From: Nonlabens ponticola
Lineage (GTDB): Bacteria > Bacteroidota > Bacteroidia > Flavobacteriales > Flavobacteriaceae
Direction of reading: 5' to 3'
DNA length: 32,000 nt
Assembly (NCBI RefSeq): GCF_003966335.1
Contig: NZ_CP034549.1
Coordinates: forward strand, 1,260,001-1,292,000
Shown here: positions 1-7,007 of the stretch, piece by piece
Numbering within the stretch: the stretch's first letter is position 1
Layout of the letters: each line of letters starts with the position of its first letter
Notes under the pieces: generated by a model
What the model saw: only the letters and a program-made list of their open reading frames with translations
Database searches by the model: none
Told to the model about the DNA's origin: nothing
Position numbers and translations under genes: made by a program

Positions 1-816
1 TGCTTGGTATAATTTCATGGTCTCCATAGCTTCTTTCACATCATGAACACGCAATATGCTAGCCCCATTGAGTAGGCAGGCCATATGTAGCGCAGTCGTA
101 CCGTTGAGTGCGACGGCAGCATCAGTTCCTAGCGTCTTGTAGATCATGGATTTTCTGGAAACGCCCGCCAATAAAGGTACACCATGAGATAGTAGCAATT
201 CTTGATGGCTAAAGAGTTCAAAGTTTTGAGCTGTGGTTTTGGCAAATCCATAACCTGGATCAATGATAATATCGTGAATGCCGTGACTCCGAGCCATTGC
301 GATACGTTCGGCAAAATAGCGATTGATGTCTATGATGAGATCGTCGTAATCAGTCAGCGTTTTCATGGTTTGCGGCGTTCCACGCATGTGCATCATGATG
401 TAAGGCACCTTATGTTTTCCAACGGTTTCCATCATTTTGCGATCTAGTTGTCCAGCACTTATATCGTTGACAATGTCAATGTTGTGTTGTAGAGCTGTTT
501 TGATTACGCTTTCGCGAAAGCTGTCACAACTAATCATCGAGTCAGGAAAATTCCTTTTGACCAGCTCAATGATCGGGATAACACGTTGCTGCTCAACACT
601 GGCAGAAATATCAGTGCCATCAGGACGGCTGCTGTAACCACCTATGTCGATAAATGTCGCGCCATCGTGCAACATTTTTTCTACCTGCTGCAGCACGTCG
701 CTATCATTCTTAAGTTTGCCACCATCATAAAAAGAATCTGGCGTGACGTTGACGATGCCCATGACGCGTGGCGTGGAAAGGTCAACAAGGCTGCCGCGGC
801 AATTTATGGTGTGCAT
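1..816 (-). CDS. folP: Dihydropteroate synthase, 3' end cut by window edge
   Basis: Not in the ORF track because no stop lies in the window. Reverse-strand translation from ATG (814-816) gives MHTINCRGSLVDLSTPRVMGIVNVTPDSFYDGGK...DIGGYSSRPDG...DPGYGFAKT...AGVSRKSMI...RVHDVKE, which are classic pterin-binding DHPS motifs. The short + strand ORFs at 202-837 are antisense shadows. Confidence 0.9.
   Translation of the reverse strand, partial: MHTINCRGSLVDLSTPRVMGIVNVTPDSFYDGGKLKNDSDVLQQVEKMLHDGATFIDIGGYSSRPDGTDISASVEQQRVIPIIELVKRNFPDSMISCDSFRESVIKTALQHNIDIVNDISAGQLDRKMMETVGKHKVPYIMMHMRGTPQTMKTLTDYDDLIIDINRYFAERIAMARSHGIHDIIIDPGYGFAKTTAQNFELFSHQELLLSHGVPLLAGVSRKSMIYKTLGTDAAVALNGTTALHMACLLNGASILRVHDVKEAMETMKLYQA
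508..521. repeat. GCTTTCGCGAAAGC palindrome, copy 1 (inside folP, read as SFRES)
   Basis: Exact 14/14. Flank on + strand is ATTAC-motif. Confidence 0.95.
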
Positions 817-869
817 GGTCTAGGCAAATTGAAATAGAAAGGCGAAATTTACGCAAAATACAACCGTCC

Positions 870-1406
870 ATGAGTGCTACCAGCCAGCAATATGATGCCG
901 TTATCGCCACCTGCCGCGAGCTTTTTATCAATAAAATGAAAGATTATGGTGCGGCCTGGCGCATCCTGCGATTACCATCGCTCACAGACCAGATTTTCAT
1001 AAAAGCACAACGCATACGAGGCCTGCAAACCCTAGCCGAATCCAAGGTCGATGAAGGACAGGAAAGTGAATTTATAGGCATCATCAACTATAGCATCATG
1101 GCGCTGATCCAGCTAGAAAAAGGCGTGGTAGAACAACCAGATCTTGATGTTGCCACGGCAACCGAATTATACGACCAGCAAATGGCGATCACCAAACAAC
1201 TCATGATGGACAAAAATCACGATTACGGTGAGGCCTGGCGCGGCATGCGTGTGAGTTCGCTAACTGACTTGATCTTGCAAAAACTATTGCGCGTCAAGCA
1301 AATTGAGGACAATGCTGGTAAAACTATTGTAAGTGAAGGCCTGGATGCCAACTATCAGGATATGGTCAACTATGCGGTTTTTGCGATGATACATATGGGT
1401 GCGTGA
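870..1406 (+). CDS. DUF1599-family protein with two tandem copies of the domain
   Basis: ORF 768-1406. I prefer the in-frame ATG at 870 (MSATSQQYDAV) because 768 overlaps the folP start. Internal duplication is visible: KDYGAAWRILRLPSLTDQIFIKAQRIRGL versus HDYGEAWRGMRVSSLTDLILQKLLRVKQI. Divergent folP neighbour, as in many Bacteroidota. Confidence 0.8.
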   Translation: MSATSQQYDAVIATCRELFINKMKDYGAAWRILRLPSLTDQIFIKAQRIRGLQTLAESKVDEGQESEFIGIINYSIMALIQLEKGVVEQPDLDVATATELYDQQMAITKQLMMDKNHDYGEAWRGMRVSSLTDLILQKLLRVKQIEDNAGKTIVSEGLDANYQDMVNYAVFAMIHMGA

Positions 1407-1822
1407 TGAGAAACGGTGTCAAGAATTTCATGATCGCATGTGCGGTAGGCACAATCATTGGCTGCTACTCACCTGACTCTGATTTTGATGGCACATGGTA
1501 TTATGAGGATGCAACCCATTCTATGACTCTTGAATTGAAACAAGAAAAAGATAGCTTGATAGGTCATCACTGTTTAGTAATAGGTAAACAAGGTAAATTC
1601 ATCGATTGTGCTGACGATAATAAAATATCAGTCAAGGGAATTTACAACAAGGATAAACAGGCTTTTGAATTAGAAATAGTAAGCGAGTACTTATATGAGG
1701 ACACTCTTAAAGGTTATTTAAAAGCCGATGTAAAAGATCAGTTGTTATGGCAAACTACGAGTGAAAAGTTAGTTGAAGGAAGATTGCCAAAGCGTTTGAT
1801 ACTTAAGTCAATACAAGAATGA
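1403..1822 (+). CDS. Hypothetical lipoprotein
   Basis: 139-aa ORF. N-terminus FMIACAVGTIIGC has a lipobox-like cysteine. ATGA start/stop overlap with the upstream gene. Low GC. No family recognised. Confidence 0.55.
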   Translation: MMRNGVKNFMIACAVGTIIGCYSPDSDFDGTWYYEDATHSMTLELKQEKDSLIGHHCLVIGKQGKFIDCADDNKISVKGIYNKDKQAFELEIVSEYLYEDTLKGYLKADVKDQLLWQTTSEKLVEGRLPKRLILKSIQE

Positions 1823-2376
1823 TACTGTTGGCTTTAAAAGGATTAAATACAATTTCACCTCTAATTTTGGCTAGAGTTCTTTTAATCAGTCTTATGGTTA
1901 ATTCAGTTGCTGCTCAAGGCATAGTTTCTGATTGGGCTAGAGATTTTGAAGAGGTTATTTCCGCACAAAATAGAATCACAGTTCACAATTACTATATCGA
2001 TGAAATATTGGATTTTGAACGGCATGTACGTTCTATTGACAGATTAGGATTGGAGACCAACACGGTATATTTACAGTTTTTCTCACAAATTAATGCAACC
2101 TTGATTTTGGAATTGAATGGTATACCAATACCCAGTATTGAGGTTGACACGAGAGTAATTAAGGGTAATGGTTTTCCAGACATGATTTGGTATCCCATAA
2201 AAATACCTGAAGGTGAAACGAGTGCTATCTCAAAAGTTTCAAGTGTTGAGTATGGTAGCTTTGAGACTAAATTACGCCACGATAGACCCATGCTGTACTT
2301 AAAGCATGTGGAAGGTGATTGGTATTTAGAGCATACTACAGTGTTCAGGCTCGCACCATTCTTCTTTACTTACTGA
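1819..2376 (+). CDS. Hypothetical secreted or membrane-anchored protein
   Basis: 185-aa ORF. Hydrophobic N-terminus ending SVAAQG. ATGA overlap with the upstream gene. Low GC. No family recognised. Confidence 0.5.
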   Translation: MILLALKGLNTISPLILARVLLISLMVNSVAAQGIVSDWARDFEEVISAQNRITVHNYYIDEILDFERHVRSIDRLGLETNTVYLQFFSQINATLILELNGIPIPSIEVDTRVIKGNGFPDMIWYPIKIPEGETSAISKVSSVEYGSFETKLRHDRPMLYLKHVEGDWYLEHTTVFRLAPFFFTY

Positions 2377-2400
2377 TAATAGTTTAATAGTTTAATAGTT
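2377..2400. repeat. 8-bp tandem repeat TAATAGTT x3
   Basis: Starts directly after the TGA stop at 2374-2376: taatagtt taatagtt taatagtt. Confidence 0.85.
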
Positions 2401-2447
2401 ATAGGTATTATAAGGGTCTAGAATAATCAATTTTTTGAGCTATTCTC

Positions 2448-3002
2448 TCACTTCCACTTAATCCCACAACCCACACTAGGATTTTGAATGGCTGGTAGTG
2501 GTTTGTTACCTAGCAGGGCATCCAGCGCCTCGCGCAAGGACCTACCAGTAAGTGGTATGCCATTTCTAGGACGGCTATCGTCTAGCTGTCCACGATATAC
2601 TAATTCCAGTTTCTCATCAAATAAATAAAAATCTGGCGTGCAGGCTGTATCATATGCTTTCGCGACTTCTTGAGTAGGGTCGTATAAATAGGGAAAAGGA
2701 TAGGCATTGTCATAGGCGACCTTTTGCATCAGGTCTGGACTGTCTTGAGGGTACTTTTCTACATCGTTGCTCGAGATAGCTACAAAACCAAAACCAGTCG
2801 CACGATAGTCGTTAGCCAGCCTTACCAGTTCTTCGTTCACATGAATCACAAATGGACAGTGATTACAAATAAACATGACCACCGTTCCTTTCTCACCACG
2901 CACGTTCTGTAAACTCAATAGTTCTTCACTTACCGTATCCAGCAATTTGAAACCTGGAGCTTTGGTGCCCAGCGGCATCATGGTAGAAGGCGTCAGTGCC
3001 AT
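2448..3002 (-). CDS. Thioredoxin-fold (AhpC/TSA-like) thiol-disulfide oxidoreductase
   Basis: 184 aa. GFKLLD...GTVVMFICNHCPFV has a CxxC motif in thioredoxin-fold context. Length and layout are typical of the family. Confidence 0.8.
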   Translation of the reverse strand: MALTPSTMMPLGTKAPGFKLLDTVSEELLSLQNVRGEKGTVVMFICNHCPFVIHVNEELVRLANDYRATGFGFVAISSNDVEKYPQDSPDLMQKVAYDNAYPFPYLYDPTQEVAKAYDTACTPDFYLFDEKLELVYRGQLDDSRPRNGIPLTGRSLREALDALLGNKPLPAIQNPSVGCGIKWK

Positions 3003-3123
3003 AACAGTCTTTTTCTCAAAGGTAAAAGATGCAATCTTGTTCTAGTCGCTTGACTTTACTAAAATTTTGAAAAGCATGACCAGCACCTCTGTACTAGTCT
3101 GTATTTTTAATAAAAACAGAACC

Positions 3124-3438
3124 ATGACCGACTTTAAAAACGGATACGATACACTTTCTCAAGCCATTGAAGATTTACAGGACAAAGGCTACACCATAGA
3201 TTATGACCTGGTAGAAGATGGACTCAAATCAAAAGATCTCAAGAAAAAATGGAAGGCAGAAGAGCTGGATGTCGTCAAATTTTACCGATTTGAAGGCATG
3301 GCAGATCCTGGTGACAATACTATCCTATATGTGATAGAATGTAACGATGGTAATAAAGGACTATTGGTAGACGCATATGGCGCAGACGTTTATGTATCGC
3401 CTAAAATGATCGAAAAACTAAGAATGAATGACCAATAA
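3124..3438 (+). CDS. Conserved hypothetical small protein
   Basis: ORF 3067-3438 begins at TTG. The ATG at 3124 (MTDFKNGYDTL) is the more plausible start. Function not recognised. Confidence 0.5.
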   Translation: MTDFKNGYDTLSQAIEDLQDKGYTIDYDLVEDGLKSKDLKKKWKAEELDVVKFYRFEGMADPGDNTILYVIECNDGNKGLLVDAYGADVYVSPKMIEKLRMNDQ

Positions 3439-3769
3439 TCTTTCTTGGAGTGACTTTATGAAAATAGACATGCGCATCGGTACCATTATCGATGCGCAAC
3501 TGTTTCCAGATGCTCGCAAACCTGCTTACAAACTGCACATCGATTTTGGTCCAGACATAGGTCATAAAAAAACCAGTGCCCAAATCACAGATCACTACAC
3601 TATTGAGGATCTTATAGGTAAGCAAATCATCGCCGTTGTCAACTTTCCAGAAAAACAAATCGCCAATTTCATGAGCCAGTGCCTAGTGCTAGGCTCCGTT
3701 GATGATCAAGGAAAAGTAATTTTACTGCAGGCTGAACGCACCGCAAACAATGGTGATCGCATCGGGTAA
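3428..3769 (+). CDS. csaA: tRNA-binding (EMAP/CsaA-type) protein
   Basis: 113 aa. MKIDMRIGTIIDAQLFPDARKPAYKLHIDFGPDIGHKKTSAQIT...IIAVVNFPEKQIANFMSQCLVLG closely parallels B. subtilis CsaA as I recall it. Confidence 0.8.
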   Translation: MTNNLSWSDFMKIDMRIGTIIDAQLFPDARKPAYKLHIDFGPDIGHKKTSAQITDHYTIEDLIGKQIIAVVNFPEKQIANFMSQCLVLGSVDDQGKVILLQAERTANNGDRIG

Positions 3770-3781
3770 TTTTTTTAGTCA

Positions 3782-3795
3782 GCTTTCGCGAAAGC
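3782..3795. repeat. GCTTTCGCGAAAGC palindrome, copy 2 (convergent intergenic csaA/M14)
   Basis: Exact 14/14, followed by GTAAT. Confidence 0.95.
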
Positions 3796-3853
3796 GTAAT
3801 AGCACAAACACACTGCACTTTTACAGCCGCATAAATTAATCATTAGTAAAACA

Positions 3854-3878
3854 AATTCAGAGGTCTAAATTCTGAATT
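3854..3878. terminator. AT-rich hairpin between convergent csaA and M14 genes (possible bidirectional terminator)
   Basis: aattcaga-ggtctaaat-tctgaatt, followed by attttg on + and gtttt on -. Confidence 0.35.
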
Positions 3879-3883
3879 ATTTT

Positions 3884-3948
3884 GTCATAAGTCATACGTC
3901 ATACGTCATAAGTCAAACTCCAAGACTCAAGAACTCAAAGACTAAAAC
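3884..3948. repeat. Composite microsatellite: heptamer GTCATAM x5, then an imperfect 8-bp ACTCAARN-like unit x4
   Basis: GTCATAA GTCATAC GTCATAC GTCATAA GTCAAAC (3884-3918), then ACTCCAAG ACTCAAGA ACTCAAAG ACTAAAAC (3917-3948). Ends at the M14 stop codon. Confidence 0.85.
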
Positions 3949-6488
3949 TACATCGCCTTACTGAAGAAAATAGCGTTCATCAACAGCTTGTTGGTTCCAT
4001 ACCAAAAAGCCCTGAAGTTGGTGTTGTCTGTAAAACCGATGACCTCGCCACGGCCGTAGCTGTTATGCTTGAACGGAACGGTGTTTTTCAAGGCCTCTAG
4101 ATTAGGCTTAGAAATATAACCAGCCATAAGCGGCTCGTTAGTGTACTTAATAGGATTGCGATAAGAAACACTATCTGCCTCTACAAACAAGGTCGTGTTG
4201 CGGAACATAGGCAGCTGTTCATCCTTATAACCAAAAGCAATAGGGTGCGAGCGGTCCAGTCTAGTCTCAAAAATAGCACCGCCTATAACTTGAGCGCCGT
4301 TGAAATTGCTGCGCTGCTCAAAAGTCACATCTTTAGCAGGATTTTCGGTTTCCTTAAAAGTCAGCTGCAATAGTTTCTCTCTGGACATCCATCTCAACCC
4401 ATTGCGATATCCTATAAGTGTACCACCAGCTCGAGTCCAAGATTTAAGTTTGCTTACAACATCTTCTTCTGGACCACCATAAGTTGCAGGAAAGATAATG
4501 GTGCTGTACTTGCTCAGGTCATATCGAGATAGGTTTTCCAGCTGCAATTTGGTCACCACCATATCATAGCGTTGGTCCATCAAGTGCCAAATCTCACCAG
4601 CATCGTACGGATTGATTCCGTCGCCCACGACCAGTGCGATGTTAGGTTTATCCAGCGATACAAATGAATTGGATCCCAAATCAATACCAGTCGTCAAACC
4701 CGTAGTTACAGAAACTACTTCTACATTATTGTCATCTGAGAGCTCGTACAATCTCTTGTTAAGCTCTTGAGCATTCATTTTTTGAGCACTTACGGGTATC
4801 ATGATGGTCCCATAATCATAAGACTGGCCAGCAAGATCAAAAGGTTGCATGGCCACCTTGGCTCTGATGCCAGCGTTGAGAATATTGCTCAGCACTTTGG
4901 GTGCGCCATACTCATTCCAGCGCATGAGGTAGGCATATTGTGATACGGGTAGTGCTTTGCGAGCAATCGTATTTCGAGCTGTGTCCAGTTTACCAGTCTC
5001 CTTATCTAGCGATATTGTTCTTCCAGCTTCCGCACCACGGGCGTTTAAGCTGTAATCCATATCAAACGCTAGTGGAAACGTCCAGGCGCTTATGTCATAG
5101 AACAAGCTGTCCTGAAAAGTGGTGATCTTCTGGAACATCGCATCGACCAGCTTGCTTTTGGTTTGTGTTCTAGGAATCATGTAGGCATATCCAGCTTTAT
5201 ACTTCTTGCCATCTATGGTAGCATCGCTTTTAAGTTCCTGCACTTTGATATCGTGTCTTAATAGTATTTCGGCTAGCGCATCAGTACGGCCGCTGTCTGT
5301 ATAATCGCCAAAGATGATGTTCCCGGATTTCTGATTGCTGCGCACCTGATCATAGAAGTCGGCTTGATAATTCATGAGTTTATCACGCATTTGGTAACTG
5401 GCTTCTAGCGTACTCATGGCAGCCGTCAACTGATTGCGTATGGTAAACGGGAAAGTCAGGACGCCATTTACGGAATTCTGTGCGTGTCCTCTAGAGCTCG
5501 CTTGTTCAAAAAGAATCCCAACGCTACCATTAACATCTGGAAAGGTGGATCCTTTACCATAATAAAAGTCATCAAAACTCTCTTCGGTATAATAAAAGGA
5601 ACCAATTTTATCTAGCGCTGCAGCGTGATAATTCCCCATTTCTTTGGTCAGATCTTGATTTATTTGTGGCGTCAATGGATTAGTCCTAGACGGTATTCCT
5701 GGCTGAAAAAAGAAAGAACTATTGGTGCCCATCTCGTGATGATCGGTAAGCACATTAGGCATCCACTGATTAAAACTGGCGATGCGCGCTCGTGATTCTG
5801 GTAATTGTACTGGCAACCAATCGCGGTTCATGTCAAACCAATAGTGGTTGGTACGACCACCAGGCCAGACCTCGTCATATTCACGGTCGTTGCCGTCAGG
5901 ATTGATGTTTTCGCTTTTGTGTTGATTCACCCAACCTGCAAAACGTTGCAGGCCATCTGGATTAAAACTAGGATCTAACAAAATCACTACATCGTCTAGT
6001 TTTTCCAAGGTCTCTGCATCTTGAGAAGCCGCTAGATGATAGGCATAGAGTAGCGCAGCGTTGGATCCACTAGGCTCGTTACCGTGAATGGAAAATCCTT
6101 GATAGATCACTACAGGTGCAGCGTCATTACTTGCGCCCGTGATGCGTTGCTGGCGCTGTTCTTTAATCTGATCGATGCGTGCATGGTTTGCTGGCGATGT
6201 GATGGTCAACAAGTACAGCGGTCTATCTTCATAGGTGGTGCCTCGATTCTCGATCGTTATGCGATCACTAGCATCCGCAAGGGCTAGCATATACTGCGAT
6301 AATTTATCGTGTGTGACATGCCATTTGCCTGGAACATAACCTATAACTTCTGCTGGTGTTGCGATGTTTGGATTGTAATTGTTGCTGGCTGGTAGGTAGT
6401 AATCTAATTGCGGATCAACGGTGACTTGAGCTTGTACCGCTTTCGCGAAAGCTAAAACCATCAAAATCCCTACTATTAAATGTCTCAT
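3948..6488 (-). CDS. Secreted M14-family zinc carboxypeptidase, large multi-domain
   Basis: 846 aa. Signal peptide MRHLIVGILMVLAFAKAVQAQ. HGNEPSG zinc-ligand motif and a downstream HHEMG region typical of M14. Confidence 0.85.
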   Translation of the reverse strand: MRHLIVGILMVLAFAKAVQAQVTVDPQLDYYLPASNNYNPNIATPAEVIGYVPGKWHVTHDKLSQYMLALADASDRITIENRGTTYEDRPLYLLTITSPANHARIDQIKEQRQQRITGASNDAAPVVIYQGFSIHGNEPSGSNAALLYAYHLAASQDAETLEKLDDVVILLDPSFNPDGLQRFAGWVNQHKSENINPDGNDREYDEVWPGGRTNHYWFDMNRDWLPVQLPESRARIASFNQWMPNVLTDHHEMGTNSSFFFQPGIPSRTNPLTPQINQDLTKEMGNYHAAALDKIGSFYYTEESFDDFYYGKGSTFPDVNGSVGILFEQASSRGHAQNSVNGVLTFPFTIRNQLTAAMSTLEASYQMRDKLMNYQADFYDQVRSNQKSGNIIFGDYTDSGRTDALAEILLRHDIKVQELKSDATIDGKKYKAGYAYMIPRTQTKSKLVDAMFQKITTFQDSLFYDISAWTFPLAFDMDYSLNARGAEAGRTISLDKETGKLDTARNTIARKALPVSQYAYLMRWNEYGAPKVLSNILNAGIRAKVAMQPFDLAGQSYDYGTIMIPVSAQKMNAQELNKRLYELSDDNNVEVVSVTTGLTTGIDLGSNSFVSLDKPNIALVVGDGINPYDAGEIWHLMDQRYDMVVTKLQLENLSRYDLSKYSTIIFPATYGGPEEDVVSKLKSWTRAGGTLIGYRNGLRWMSREKLLQLTFKETENPAKDVTFEQRSNFNGAQVIGGAIFETRLDRSHPIAFGYKDEQLPMFRNTTLFVEADSVSYRNPIKYTNEPLMAGYISKPNLEALKNTVPFKHNSYGRGEVIGFTDNTNFRAFWYGTNKLLMNAIFFSKAM
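6439..6452. repeat. GCTTTCGCGAAAGC palindrome, copy 3 (M14 peptidase signal peptide, AFAKA)
   Basis: Exact 14/14. Confidence 0.95.
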
Positions 6489-6515
6489 ATCGTGCTGTTG
6501 AATGGGTTGTAAACT

Positions 6516-6542
6516 AAAAAGCCTTTCTGCATGAGAAAGGCT
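6516..6542 (-). terminator. Rho-independent terminator after the PUR-like gene
   Basis: agcctttct-gcatg-agaaaggct. A T-run follows on the minus strand. Confidence 0.6.
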
Positions 6543-6563
6543 CTTGAATATAATATGTGGTTT

Positions 6564-6950
6564 CTAGATGTCGTCAAAATCAACGTTGGTAAAACTTGCA
6601 GGATGATTAGGTTCTGCTGCTTGATCTGCCGCTGGCGTTGCTGGTTCTTCTTTCTTGAAGTCTGCCTGGTGACGATCTGAAATGACCTCGTCGCCTTTTT
6701 TCTCTATGATAAAGTCGGTCACTTCTTTGAGCGTATCGCCAAATTCTGCAAAGTCCTCTTTGTACAAGTAGATCTTGTGCTTCTTGAAATGAAAGCTGCC
6801 GTCGTCGTTAGTGAACTTCTTGCTTTCAGTGATCGTTAGGTAGTAATCGTCTGCCTTTGTGGATCGCACATCAAAAAAGTAGGTGCGTCGACCTGCTCTT
6901 ACAACTTTGGAAAAAATCTCTTCTTGGTCTTGGTAATCTCTATCGCTCAT
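6564..6950 (-). CDS. PUR-alpha-like DNA/RNA-binding protein (DUF3276)
   Basis: 128 aa. RAGRRTYFFDVRSTKADDYYLTITESKK and FHFKKHKIYLYKEDF are typical of the Bacteroidota PUR-like family. Confidence 0.75.
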   Translation of the reverse strand: MSDRDYQDQEEIFSKVVRAGRRTYFFDVRSTKADDYYLTITESKKFTNDDGSFHFKKHKIYLYKEDFAEFGDTLKEVTDFIIEKKGDEVISDRHQADFKKEEPATPAADQAAEPNHPASFTNVDFDDI

Positions 6951-6976
6951 GGCCGTTAAGTGGGTTAGTAGTGTCT

Positions 6977-7007
6977 CAAAAATAGGGAAAAACTATGAAA
7001 TCCCTAT
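6977..7007 (-). terminator. Putative terminator after the ABC transporter gene
   Basis: ataggga / tccctat 7-bp stem with 12-nt loop. TTTT follows on the minus strand. Confidence 0.45.

Noticed and set aside
202-837. Three overlapping + strand ORFs (81, 66 and 83 aa) at the left edge
   Set aside because: They are antisense shadows of an unmistakable dihydropteroate synthase on the minus strand (1-816). That gene is missing from the ORF track only because it runs off the window.
768-869. Upstream start (768) for the DUF1599 gene
   Set aside because: It would overlap the folP 5' end by 49 bp on the opposite strand, and it encodes Trp/Cys/Arg-rich sequence. The ATG at 870 gives the family-typical length.
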